Source: Chloroflexota bacterium
GTDB taxonomy: Bacteria > Chloroflexota > UBA11872 > VXOZ01
Reading direction: 5' to 3'
Length of the DNA: 64,000 nt
NCBI GenBank assembly: GCA_965221905.1
Contig: OZ244922.1
Span: 2,912,001-2,976,000 of the forward strand
Below are positions 23,372-34,063 of the stretch, in pieces (the stretch's first letter is position 1; every line of letters begins with the position of its first letter). Position numbers and translations under genes: made by a program. The notes beneath the pieces were generated by a model that worked only from the letters and a program-made list of their open reading frames with translations, searched no databases and was not told where the DNA came from.

Positions 23372-25260
23372 ACCGGCCTACCTCGGGGTGTCTCGGCGCT
23401 TTCTGCCACAACGACTGCCCCATCAAGGCTCAGGCCGTCCGTTTGTGCCGCGCGCTGCCGCTCCATGTGCTCTTCTTGCTCCTGCAATTGGTACACGTAC
23501 ATGTCGTGATAGAGGCCATCCTGTGTCACCAACTCTCCATGTGTACCTCGCTGCACTATCTGCCCTTCGTGTAGAACGACGATCTCCTGTGCCTCGCGCA
23601 CACTGGAAATTCGTTGCGCAACGATGAACGTCGTCCGTCCGCGCATGAGCTCCTTGAGTGCCTCCTGCAAGTCTGCTTCAGTCCGTGTATCAACCGCCGA
23701 CGTGGACTCATCGAGGACAAGGACGCGTGGGTCAAGCAAGAGTGCGCGCGCTATGGCGATACGCTGCTTCTGACCGCCGGAAAGGGTTACACCCCGCTCG
23801 CCGACGTGCGTCTCGTAGCCGTCCGGGATTTGCATGATGAAGTCATGGGCCTGCGCGGCCTTGGCGGCCGCTATGATGCCTTCCTCAGTCGCGTCCGGTC
23901 GCCCGTATGAAATATTTTCTCGAATCGATGCGGCGAAGAGGAACGTCTCCTGCGCCACCAAGCCGATGTGCTGCCGCAGCGCCCGGAAGGTAAGGTCGCG
24001 GATGTCGTATCCATCCAACGTTATTCGTCCGCCTGTCACGTCATAGAAGCGGGGTAACAGATTGATAATGGTGCTCTTGCCGGAACCGGTGCTGCCAACG
24101 ATACCAATTACCTCACCCGCCCTTGCCTCGATTGTAATGTCTTGGAGCACCGGTAAGCCGCTCGCCTTGTAAGAGACCGATTCGAACTTGACGTTTCCAG
24201 CTACTGAGGCCATGTCAATGGCATCGGGCTTCTCCTCGATCTCTGATTGGGTATCGAGAATCTCAAAGATGCGCTCGCCTGCCGCGACTGCTCGCGCGTA
24301 GGTATTAATCGTCATGCCCAGCATCCGGATCGGGCGCTGGAGCATCATGAGGTAGGCACTGAACTCCACCATGGTGCCGAGCGATATCGTACGATCAATG
24401 ACTTGCAGGCCCCCGTACCAGACCACCGCAGTAGTCCCGATTCCGGCAATGAACTGGAGCAGCGGGTTGCGCATGGCAAAGAGTTCCATGGTCTTTGACG
24501 TAGCAACCGCCAGTCGGTCCGAGCTGTAAAGGAACTTGGCGGTTTCCTGATCTTCCTGGGCGAATGCCCGCACCACCCGCATACCGGAGAGGTCTTCCTG
24601 CAAGACGGTACTGAGCTGCGCTGTCTCCTGTTGCACCCGGCTGAACATCGGCCGCAGTTGGCGCGCAAAGAGCACGGCAATCACGAAGAGCACCGGCATC
24701 GTCGCCAGGGAAAGAAGCGCTAACTTCCAGTTTATCAATAGTAGAACGACAAGCACCGCCACGAACGTCAGCAGCATGAGGGCGCCGTTTATAAGGCCTT
24801 GCGAGACGAAGAAGCGGATCTGCTCCACGTCGCTCGTCGCCCGCGACATGAGCTGTCCGGTTTGGGAGCGATCGTGGTACGCAAAGGAGAGGCGCTGATA
24901 CTGGTTGAAGATGCGGTTGCGCAAGTCGAAGCAAACGCGCTGCGAAAGGTATTCGCCCACGAACACCTGTGAAAACGTAAAAACGCCCTTAACAAGCGTA
25001 GCAGCAAGGATTAGACCGGCGAAGAAGAGGAGCGGCTGTATCTGTTCGAGCACGGATGTGCCGTCGACGGCCTCAATAACCGAACCGGCGAAAATGTAAA
25101 AGTCTTTTTCAACCGCTTCGACAACGACATTAACGACATTGCCGAACAGGCGCGGGATTACGAGACTGAGGAGGGCACTGCCGGCCAGGGCGCCGTAAGC
25201 AAGGAAGGCGAGCTTCCGGTAGCGCCACGTGTAGAAGAAAAGTCGTCGCAGCGTATCCAT
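23368..25260 (-). CDS. ABC exporter subunit (TMD+NBD), partner of a heterodimer
   Basis: GSTGSGKS, LSGGQKQ, VLDESTS, switch His replaced (VAQRISS); 4-nt overlap with partner gene. Confidence 0.95.
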   Translation of the reverse strand: MDTLRRLFFYTWRYRKLAFLAYGALAGSALLSLVIPRLFGNVVNVVVEAVEKDFYIFAGSVIEAVDGTSVLEQIQPLLFFAGLILAATLVKGVFTFSQVFVGEYLSQRVCFDLRNRIFNQYQRLSFAYHDRSQTGQLMSRATSDVEQIRFFVSQGLINGALMLLTFVAVLVVLLLINWKLALLSLATMPVLFVIAVLFARQLRPMFSRVQQETAQLSTVLQEDLSGMRVVRAFAQEDQETAKFLYSSDRLAVATSKTMELFAMRNPLLQFIAGIGTTAVVWYGGLQVIDRTISLGTMVEFSAYLMMLQRPIRMLGMTINTYARAVAAGERIFEILDTQSEIEEKPDAIDMASVAGNVKFESVSYKASGLPVLQDITIEARAGEVIGIVGSTGSGKSTIINLLPRFYDVTGGRITLDGYDIRDLTFRALRQHIGLVAQETFLFAASIRENISYGRPDATEEGIIAAAKAAQAHDFIMQIPDGYETHVGERGVTLSGGQKQRIAIARALLLDPRVLVLDESTSAVDTRTEADLQEALKELMRGRTTFIVAQRISSVREAQEIVVLHEGQIVQRGTHGELVTQDGLYHDMYVYQLQEQEEHMERQRAAQTDGLSLDGAVVVAESAETPRGRPV

Positions 25261-25581
25261 ATTCGGCTGCCCTACACCTCCTCTTCTCTACATGCCATCT
25301 TCGCGTCTGCGCGCAATTCTCGCGTCTGCGCGACGTTCTCTCGCGGTGCTGTACTCCTAGCTGACGGAGAATGGTAGGCTGTACTCGCACGTTTACGTTA
25401 ATGTAGATGCTAGCACGCGCGGTATTGCCAGTCAACCAACTTTCTTCAAAGGGGCTCTCCGCATCCCCCAGCGAGCTCTTGCGTTTGGCGATACCAAGAG
25501 ATCGGGCCGACGCCTTTACGTGGTGGCACGCCAGTTGTGGTCCATTTCCGCCAGCGAGCCACCATTAAGAGTCTCTATCAT

Positions 25582-26397
25582 CTATTCCTGGCATCGGGGA
25601 CAAACATGGGTGCCGCGTTGCGCAACGACGATGCGCTCGATAGGCGCGCCGCAATCAAGGCACGGCTCACCCGTCCGACGGTAGACCGCCAGGTGCTCAC
25701 GGTGGCGGCCCGGCTTACCCTCAGCATCACAATAGACGGCGTCGAAGGTGGTACCCCCGTTTGCAATCGCCGCGCGCAGTATGCGGCGCGTCGTCTCAAG
25801 AAGCCCGGTGACCTCATCCCTATTGAGCGAATCGGCCGGACGGCGGGGATGGAGCTTGCAGGCGAAGAGCACTTCATCCACGTAGATGTTGCCCAGACCC
25901 GCAATGAAGTGCTGATTGAGCAGGAGCGCCTTCAATGCGGTTGTGCGGCTTGCAAGGCGTTCCCGCAGGACGTCAGCCGTAAGCGACAAATCGAAGGGCT
26001 CCGGGCCAAGCGGGGCGAAGAGTTCTGCCAGGCGGGCATCGTCCACCAGCCAAATGCGGCCGAAGCGCCGCACGTCAAAGAAGCAAAGCACGTGTCCGGA
26101 TTCAAGATTCCACTGCGCGCGCAGGTAGCGAATGTCTTCCAACGGTCGCACGAGCCTGAGCCGGCCGCTCATCCGCAGATGCACAACCAGATTCAGGCCT
26201 TCAAGGGCAAACACCAGGTATTTCGCGCGGCGGTTGACCGCAACGATGCGCCGGCCCGGCAGCAGCGCTACGATCGCATCAGGGCCTGGCTCAGCCACAG
26301 CGTGGGGATCGAGCAGCGGCACCGCGGCAATAGCGTCCCCGCAAAGATGGGGCACGAGGCTGCGGCGAATGGTTTCAACTTCGGGAAGCTCAGGCAT
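25582..26397 (-). CDS. mutM: Formamidopyrimidine-DNA glycosylase
   Basis: N-terminal PELPEVET, HLRMSG, GLGNIY.DE, C-terminal CxxC...CPRCQ zinc finger. Confidence 0.97.
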   Translation of the reverse strand: MPELPEVETIRRSLVPHLCGDAIAAVPLLDPHAVAEPGPDAIVALLPGRRIVAVNRRAKYLVFALEGLNLVVHLRMSGRLRLVRPLEDIRYLRAQWNLESGHVLCFFDVRRFGRIWLVDDARLAELFAPLGPEPFDLSLTADVLRERLASRTTALKALLLNQHFIAGLGNIYVDEVLFACKLHPRRPADSLNRDEVTGLLETTRRILRAAIANGGTTFDAVYCDAEGKPGRHREHLAVYRRTGEPCLDCGAPIERIVVAQRGTHVCPRCQE

Positions 26398-26495
26398 GAT
26401 AAGCCCGTCAGCTCTTCAACTTCTAGAACTCATCTCATAAAGACATAGCTCTGCGCAGACCTGCCCTTCGACAGGCTCAGAAACTGTCTTGGGTG

Positions 26496-27449
<954 letters not shown>

Positions 27450-27464
27450 CTATGGCTGGCGCTC

Positions 27465-27616
27465 CCATGCAGTCCCTGCCTTACGGATACGGACTTCATG
27501 TCCCGGTAACTGTTCGGGCTCTGGGGGAGCTCGGCAGGTGTGGCGACCACTCTGAGCCACGGTCTGCCAGACCTAGGACGAACCGGTCTGCCACGCCTGC
27601 TCCCATTCTATCTCCC
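27465..27616 (-). ncRNA. Predicted IS110 bridge RNA
   Basis: Two stem/internal-loop modules carrying GTTCGTCCT (27575-83), GGCTCAG (27552-58), ACAGTTAC (27506-13) and GTAAG (27480-84), which match the target and donor arms; ends approximate. Confidence 0.82.
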
Positions 27617-27654
27617 TTTTCCAAGATATAAGGGCGAACGGGAAAGTGAAAAAC

Positions 27655-27689
27655 CCGTTTCGTGCTTCGACAAGCTCAGCACGAAACGG
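27655..27689. repeat. REP-like palindrome (TTCGACAAGCTCAG family)
   Basis: CCGTTTCGTGCTTCGACAAGCTCAGCACGAAACGG. Confidence 0.8.
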
Positions 27690-27791
27690 CATGTCGAATC
27701 TATTTATGAGATAGCTTCTAGTGAACCGCAAAACTCCCCCGACGACGGGAAGCGGGCGAAACGCGGCGCAGTGTCACGTTGCGAATAGCTG

Positions 27792-28391
27792 CTAGCGCAG
27801 GCGTTCGCCGGTAAGGCGAAGCTCTCCCGGTACGATCTCGACGCTCGTAACCCGTATCCCGTATTCCGTCCTGAAGAATGAATCGAGGATTTCGTTAACC
27901 TCAGCGGTGCCCTCCGCCATGTACGATTCTGGCACGGAGAAGAAGCCAAGTTTCCCCTTCACCATCGCAGCCTCTATCCTGCCATTGCGCACGACGAGGC
28001 GTCCGCTCACCTGGATCGTAGGACGGGGAGCACGCTGAAGCGTGCCTCGGATAAAGAAGGCGTCTCGCTTGAACGTAAGGACGACGTTCGTTACCCGCCC
28101 CTCATTGTTTACGGCGATGGCTTCTTCGATCTTTGGGATCAATTCGCGTTCGGTAAGTGTCAACATATATTGTCCCGGCGCTGGGGAGGGACACAGGAAC
28201 TCGGGCAGCGCCGGCGGATCCCATTGCGGCGGCAGACAAGACACCCACGTCGTCGTCACTTGCGGCTCGGGGCCGGACACCTGGGGTGTTTCTCTAGTCT
28301 CCGGCCCTTCTATCTCGCCGCCGCAGTGCACGAGGAACAGCATGCACGCGACAACGGCTAATCCTTTGGCTAATGATCGTATCCACCCCAT
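27792..28391 (-). CDS. Hypothetical lipoprotein (possible LmeA/DUF2993/DUF2140-like fold)
   Basis: LVHC lipobox; LTLTERE ... VTSVEIVPGELRLTG, similar to the neighbouring gene. Confidence 0.6.
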   Translation of the reverse strand: MGWIRSLAKGLAVVACMLFLVHCGGEIEGPETRETPQVSGPEPQVTTTWVSCLPPQWDPPALPEFLCPSPAPGQYMLTLTERELIPKIEEAIAVNNEGRVTNVVLTFKRDAFFIRGTLQRAPRPTIQVSGRLVVRNGRIEAAMVKGKLGFFSVPESYMAEGTAEVNEILDSFFRTEYGIRVTSVEIVPGELRLTGERLR

Positions 28392-28683
28392 AGCACAGCC
28401 CCTTGATACCCGGCATCACGTCCTCATTAATCCATGGTATAGAATCCACCGGCATTCGTGTCGGAAACGGAGCGCCGATGCATTGTGCTTTGCCGGCGCT
28501 GGCAGGACGGAAAGCCCCTGCGGCGATTTGGCTCATAGTGCAAACGGCGTGGAGGCGCGGGCTTTGCGTCTGCCGGTAGCGACTTAGAGTGAAAATCTCA
28601 TGTCTCGCGCATTCGCGTAGAGGTGCAAAAGCCATTGAATGCACACGTGCAAGAGACCCCTCCCGGCGTTCAGGAAATCGGCC

Positions 28684-29400
28684 CTACTGTTCGACGCGCT
28701 CACCCGTTACGACAATCTTGCCCGGCAAGATCTCAACACTCTCTATGCGTAGTCCACTTTCTGCACCGACTTCATCAGCCAGAAACTCGTTTGCCTGCAC
28801 TGTCAGAGGATCGAGCAATGCTTTCGGCATCACCAATGCGCCCAACCGAGCCTCCGTGAACTCGATCTGTACGGTCTCCTCGCTTACAACGAAGTGCCCC
28901 GTGGCCTGGATGTTGGCGCGAAACGGCGTCGTAATCGTGCCGCTTGCCACAAACGCGTCCTGCTCGAACGTGACGACCAAGTTAGACACCGGCGGACTAT
29001 CGACAGAAGCAATCACCTCGCCCAGCAGCGCGGTGAGGTCGCTATCGGTGACCTCTATGGTGAAGCGACCGGGCTCATCGGCCTGGCTGATGGCATCTTC
29101 CGCTCGCTGTATTGCCGCCGTTTCCTCTGTGCTTGCCGCTGAGGTCGCCGTCGCGGCTGGAGCCGGTGTCCCGGACTCACCCACGTCACTTTCGGTTGTT
29201 TGAGACGGCGCAGCCTCCCTTACAATCGTGACGGTCGGTGTCGGCTCAACGCTAAACCCAAAGAGCCTGCTCAGCCCCGGTATCTCCACCGCGCCAATCC
29301 CTGCGAGCAAGAACACACCTACAAGGAGAAGCACGATGAATAGGGTGAAAAACAGTACGGAAAGGGCCTTATAGACTTGCCACAAACATCCCATAGTCAC
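28684..29400 (-). CDS. Hypothetical membrane-anchored protein, paralogous C-terminal domain to 27792-28391
   Basis: N-terminal TM, Thr/Ala/Pro linker, IEVTDSDL ... IESVEILPGKIVVTG. Confidence 0.65.
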   Translation of the reverse strand: MTMGCLWQVYKALSVLFFTLFIVLLLVGVFLLAGIGAVEIPGLSRLFGFSVEPTPTVTIVREAAPSQTTESDVGESGTPAPAATATSAASTEETAAIQRAEDAISQADEPGRFTIEVTDSDLTALLGEVIASVDSPPVSNLVVTFEQDAFVASGTITTPFRANIQATGHFVVSEETVQIEFTEARLGALVMPKALLDPLTVQANEFLADEVGAESGLRIESVEILPGKIVVTGERVEQ

Positions 29401-29559
29401 TATCCGGGTTCAGGAGTAGCCGCTCCTCCATGGTACAATACCGGCGACCTAGGATAGCAAATTCGTCTACGGCGGCCCCGGCAAGGCGCGAGTGCCTTGT
29501 GGGCAGGTAGGACGTACCCGCAACGCCTTTCGTAGGCGCTGCAAGTGCCGAAACCCTCT

Positions 29560-29594
29560 GTCCTTCGGCCCTGCGACGCGCTCAGGACGAACGG
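29560..29594. repeat. Degenerate REP-like unit of the IS110-targeted family
   Basis: TCCTTCGGCCCTGCGACGCGCTCAGGACGAACGG; minus strand reads GTTCGTCCTGAGC. Confidence 0.6.
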
Positions 29595-29670
29595 TAGCTG
29601 ACTTTGGCCGTGGCATGCCGGCCATGCCAATCGGATACCGGCTCTTCTGACAAACCCTTGTTTCATCGTA

Positions 29671-30300
29671 TTGGGTAGCCAGGCCACTCGAGTGCACCAC
29701 AGGCAAATGCCGGAACAGCTTCGCAGTGATGCTACAGCCCTGCACCGCAAGGGCTCCCTGACGCTTGAGCGGCTGGAGCATGCGCGGCTAGAATCGCCCC
29801 GAGACCCAACCTTAACCGCCCCGGAATGGGAACTCCTCGCAGCATTTCAGCTCAACACGATGGATGCGGTTCGGCAGCGCATGCATGAGCGCGCCATGCT
29901 TGCCGCGTACGATGGCGCTCCCAGTGCGCTCACTGAAATGCGGATCGAGCAAGCACCGGCGTCAATGGGAGAAAAGGGTGTGCCAAGCCGCCCGCAGAAA
30001 CTCCCCGACACGAGGCAGGAAGCACAGTTGGAAACCACGCTTAGCTACGATCCGGATACACTCCGCGCAAGTCTGCGTTACATGGTTACGTGGCGGCAGG
30101 TCGAGCAGCTAGCGGACGGTCAACCGCTGGAGACTCAAGAGAACGCCTACCATGAAGTATCATTCGATGTGGACACGGGAAGGGTGACGCAGCGCGAGTA
30201 CGGCACGACTCTCAAGGCTCCCCAGCAAGCTACAGCACAACATGACGTTACGCTTGAAACAGTGGACCCGACCCTCTCGCCAACAACTGGGCTACACTAG
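29671..30300 (+). CDS. Hypothetical protein (possibly a fragment)
   Basis: 209-codon ORF filling an otherwise empty gap; no motif recognised; TTG start uncertain. Confidence 0.35.
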   Translation: MGSQATRVHHRQMPEQLRSDATALHRKGSLTLERLEHARLESPRDPTLTAPEWELLAAFQLNTMDAVRQRMHERAMLAAYDGAPSALTEMRIEQAPASMGEKGVPSRPQKLPDTRQEAQLETTLSYDPDTLRASLRYMVTWRQVEQLADGQPLETQENAYHEVSFDVDTGRVTQREYGTTLKAPQQATAQHDVTLETVDPTLSPTTGLH

Positions 30301-30535
30301 ATGCCACGGCCTGCAACGAGTACGGATCTCTGCTGAAGTCTCGTAGGCGGAGATTCCGACGCCAGGAAGTTTTGGCGCCCGGTAAATCGATCCGATCGAG
30401 TGTCTTGGTCGATCCGCTTGCAGTGAGGTCGATTTGCTGCATTCGAGTTCACTGAAAACCGGAAGGCTGCTACTGGGCAGCTAGCCCTGCTCGCTACGTG
30501 CCGGCGTTCATTTTAGCCGGTCAAGTCATAGGCTA

Positions 30536-31285
30536 TTGAGCATGACCGAATTTCAAACGCTTCTCCTCTTTGGGGGCATGGTGACGTTCTTTGCGGCCAC
30601 CGTTGCCGGCATGACGGGGTTTGGTTACGGTCTCGTCAGTGTGCCGCTGCTCATGCTCATGCTGCCGCCGCGGATGGTTGTGCCTGCCGTCACAATGCAC
30701 ATCTTCCTAATCTCTCTGCTCATACTCTTGGAGGTCATCAAGCAAGTTGACGTACGGCGCATTTGGCCGCTGATGGTGACGGGCCTGTTCGGGTTGCCTC
30801 TTGGTATCTTTGTGCTGCTCGTCCTCAGCGAAGGTGCGCTCAGGACGATTGTCGGCGTTGTGATCGTGTTCTTCGCGCTTGCCTTGCTCTTGGGCCTCAA
30901 CCTTGAAATCAAGAACGAAAAACTTGCACTTGCGCCGGTGGGCATTTCGAGTGGACTGCTCGCCTCCGGTATAGCGATGGCTGGGCCGCCGGTAATCCTC
31001 TTCTTTACCAACCAAGGCATGCAAAAGCAGGTCTTTCGCGCAAATCTGGCTGCCTACTTCGTATTTCTCAACACCATTACCATTCCAGCTCACGCCGCGA
31101 GCGGGCTCATAACAGGAGAGGTGGTGCGCTATGCGCTGCTCTTTCTACCGACGCTTGTTGCGGGCAAGGTCCTTGGCAGCTTTCTCTCGCGCAAGGTACC
31201 GGAGGCGCTCTTTCACCGCGTGGTGTTGGTTGTCGTGCTCTTTTCAGGACTGCTCTCCATTACCTCCGGCCTGGGACTTTTCTAG
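30536..31285 (+). CDS. Sulfite exporter TauE/SafE family membrane protein
   Basis: GMTGFGYGLVSVP and duplicated G..SG.....GPP motifs; about 8 TM segments. Confidence 0.88.
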   Translation: MSMTEFQTLLLFGGMVTFFAATVAGMTGFGYGLVSVPLLMLMLPPRMVVPAVTMHIFLISLLILLEVIKQVDVRRIWPLMVTGLFGLPLGIFVLLVLSEGALRTIVGVVIVFFALALLLGLNLEIKNEKLALAPVGISSGLLASGIAMAGPPVILFFTNQGMQKQVFRANLAAYFVFLNTITIPAHAASGLITGEVVRYALLFLPTLVAGKVLGSFLSRKVPEALFHRVVLVVVLFSGLLSITSGLGLF

Positions 31286-31824
31286 CCGAAGCCGGTCTTA
31301 CGGAGCGTTTCCATGACTGCCTCCCAGCGTGCGGGATAGCTCTCATGGCTCATTAACGGCTTGAAGCCAAGCTTCAGGTAGATGTGGACTGCAGTCAGGC
31401 GCTCGTCGTCGGTAAGCAGTTGTACAGAGCGAAAGTTGCGCTCGCGGAAGCGGTGCAAGACCGCGAGAGAGAGCCAGTATCCCAGGCGGAAGCCGCGATG
31501 GTCCGGGTGGACGCAGACCATGTGCACCGTGCCGCGATCAGGCGGGTTCTGTTCATCGTGAAACGCGCAGGCAGTGCCCACTACGTCTTCACCCTTAACG
31601 GCGAAGAACATGCCGTCAGGATCGAAACCCGGCGCGGCAATGATGTTCTTGCGACACGCCTCGACGGTCCAAGAGGAGTTCATCGCCACCCCCACAAGCT
31701 CCGTCCAAAGCACCTCGTCGTTGGGCCGGTAGGATCGGATGCCGTAGGGTTCCGGCACCTGCATTGGGGGCAGATCGTCCAGATGGGGACGTTCCATCTT
31801 TAACTGTGGTCTTGAAGCGCTCAC
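31282..31824 (-). CDS. GNAT family N-acetyltransferase
   Basis: VCVHPDHRGFRLG motif A, A...YLKLGF; GTG at 31824 after AAGGAG (ORF track start 31959 overlaps the upstream gene). Confidence 0.85.
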   Translation of the reverse strand: MSASRPQLKMERPHLDDLPPMQVPEPYGIRSYRPNDEVLWTELVGVAMNSSWTVEACRKNIIAAPGFDPDGMFFAVKGEDVVGTACAFHDEQNPPDRGTVHMVCVHPDHRGFRLGYWLSLAVLHRFRERNFRSVQLLTDDERLTAVHIYLKLGFKPLMSHESYPARWEAVMETLRKTGFG

Positions 31825-31828
31825 TGCG

Positions 31829-33013
31829 CTACTCCTTGCCATGCGCTGTAGTTGGGTCATTGAAGATCGTACCGCCCCAGGTGTCCGCCGTCGGGCGGCT
31901 CCAGGGCGTGGGAATGTTTCGGTAGGGGTGCTTTCGCAATTCCTCTTCATCCAGTTCAATGCCTAGTCCCGGCGCATTTGGTATGCGTAACGTGCCGTCC
32001 GGTTGGAGGACTTCCAAAGAGTCTACGACAATATCCTGACGCCACGGACACCCAAAGAGGAACGACTCGAGAATAAGCACGTTTGGGATGCAACCAACCG
32101 CCTGGAGAGTCGCGGCCATCGCCACCGGGCCGTACGGGTTATGGGGAGCCACGGGGATATCGTAGGTCTCGGCCCAGGCCGCAATCTTCTTGGCCTCCAA
32201 GATGCCCCCGGTGTGGCTGATGTCCGGCTGGATTACGTCGAGGAGTTGCTGCTCGATGTACTCGCGAAACCCCCAACGGGTGAAGAATCGTTCGCCCGCC
32301 GCGATTGGCATCCCAATTTTCGCCTGCGCCAGCTTGGCGTAAGCTGCGGGATTGTCCGGTCTGAGCGGTTCTTCGTAGAAGAAGGGCCGAAAGGGACGCA
32401 AGGCCTCCGCCGCCGCAATCGCACTCGTTACATTTAGGCGACCGTGGACTTCCACGCATAGGTCGATATCGTCGCCTACTGCCTCTCGCACCGCCGCGAC
32501 GCTGTCTGCCGCTTCTCTAATCTCCCGTTCGGAAGCCGTAATCCAGGAGGTGAATGGGTCCCACTTCAAGGCCGTGTAGCCCTGCGCCACCACCGCTTGG
32601 GCGGCAGTAGCGAATTCGTCCGGTGTGCTCGCACCCTCGAACCAGCCATTCGCGTAGACGCGCACACGCTCGCGGCACGGCCCGCCCAGCAGCGCGTGCA
32701 CCGGCAGTCCGGCGTCTTTGCCCTTGATATCCCAGCACGCCTGCTCCAAAGCACTGATGGCGGTGTTATACACGGGTCCCGTGCCGCCGTACTCACCCCG
32801 GTGCAAGAGTTGCAGATTGGCTTCGATGTGCCGTGGGTCCTCGCCAATCAGCACCGCGCCAAGCTCTTCGATAGCGGCAGCCGCAGTGTGCTCTTTCCAT
32901 GCCAGGGGTGCTTCACCCCACCCGTGGAGACCGCTATCCGTGGTGACTTTGACAAAGACCCAATTCCACCACTGGCCGTCCACTACAAAGGTTTGAATGT
33001 CCCTGATTCTCAT
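31829..33013 (-). CDS. Mandelate racemase/muconate lactonising enzyme family (galactonate dehydratase-like)
   Basis: WDIKGK, VYANGW, KWDPF, EVHGR, EEP, AAGER, QPD, APHNP. Confidence 0.9.
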   Translation of the reverse strand: MRIRDIQTFVVDGQWWNWVFVKVTTDSGLHGWGEAPLAWKEHTAAAAIEELGAVLIGEDPRHIEANLQLLHRGEYGGTGPVYNTAISALEQACWDIKGKDAGLPVHALLGGPCRERVRVYANGWFEGASTPDEFATAAQAVVAQGYTALKWDPFTSWITASEREIREAADSVAAVREAVGDDIDLCVEVHGRLNVTSAIAAAEALRPFRPFFYEEPLRPDNPAAYAKLAQAKIGMPIAAGERFFTRWGFREYIEQQLLDVIQPDISHTGGILEAKKIAAWAETYDIPVAPHNPYGPVAMAATLQAVGCIPNVLILESFLFGCPWRQDIVVDSLEVLQPDGTLRIPNAPGLGIELDEEELRKHPYRNIPTPWSRPTADTWGGTIFNDPTTAHGKE

Positions 33014-33017
33014 ATGT

Positions 33018-33776
33018 CTATGGCATTGGTGTCTTATGGAACGTGCGGATGAAATCCGCAAGGTTCTTGGTAATTACGTCCAAGATGGCCTTGCCTTTTT
33101 CTGCCGTAGCGAGCGTTGGGTCGCCGGCCACGCCCGTTGTCCCAGGGTCGAAGACCGGCCAAAAGTAGACAGGCCCTCCCGTGGGCAAGCGTGTGGGGGG
33201 GATTCGCAGGTCTTTGACTGCCGTGCTCATGTCCACCAGTTCCTGCCGGAGATAGAGGTATAGTGACGTCTCAATCTCACAGGCGTGGCCGACATTCTTG
33301 CGCTCCCCCTCGACCAGTTCCACAATTTCTGCCGCTGCCAGGTCCCAATAGGTCACCGCGCCCACTTCGATGCCTTCGGCGCCGAGCTTGAGAGTCGTCG
33401 CTTTCATTGTTTGGTCGTTGCCGCCGTGCCCGTTCAGCAGCAAGATGTGCCGGAATCCGTGCCGCCACATGCAGGTTACGATCTCGCGGATCACTTCAGA
33501 AAAGGTGTCGACCGAGAGCGTCAGCGTGCCGGTGAAGTGCATGTGATGCGGCGAAACGCCCGACCAAACCGGCGGCGCAACGAGCACGGGCACGTCCGGC
33601 GATAGCGCCTGTGCCGCGGCCAGGGCAACGGTCTGCGCCATGAAGATGTCGGTATTCACCGGAAGGTGAGGGCCGTGCTGCTCAATCGACCCTATCGGCA
33701 GTATCACGACCGCATCGTGGTCGCGCATCTCCGCAATCTCGTCCCGCCGCATCTGTTGCCACTCGTATTTTTCCAT
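33018..33776 (-). CDS. Creatininase family amidohydrolase
   Basis: GSIEQHGPHLP.NTD, SPHH, NGHGGN, HACEIETS, G..GDP..AT.EKG. Confidence 0.92.
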   Translation of the reverse strand: MEKYEWQQMRRDEIAEMRDHDAVVILPIGSIEQHGPHLPVNTDIFMAQTVALAAAQALSPDVPVLVAPPVWSGVSPHHMHFTGTLTLSVDTFSEVIREIVTCMWRHGFRHILLLNGHGGNDQTMKATTLKLGAEGIEVGAVTYWDLAAAEIVELVEGERKNVGHACEIETSLYLYLRQELVDMSTAVKDLRIPPTRLPTGGPVYFWPVFDPGTTGVAGDPTLATAEKGKAILDVITKNLADFIRTFHKTPMP

Positions 33777-34063
33777 AGTCCCCTCCTCTTGCGTTTAAAC
33801 TTATCGCGGGTATAGTACGCAGCTACGCATTATCTTACCAACAGTTCTGCCTACAGAGCGCCCCCGACCGAACTAGGCAAAGTCACCTTTGCAACGGGTT
33901 GCGGGGGCAGTTGAAAGCCAAGCATACACCCCTGGCCCGCAATCCTCGATTCACAATCTGCCGAGAAAGCATGCCGCCCATGAGCATCGGCATACCGTGG
34001 CATTCCACAGGCCGCCCCTTTTTAGGGCAATGGCATGCCAAAACATTTTATGTGAAGTAGCAA

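Noticed and set aside
25299-25345. Direct repeat TCGCGTCTGCGCG upstream of the ABC exporter
   Set aside because: Two short GC-rich copies with no linked regulator; too weak to call an operator.
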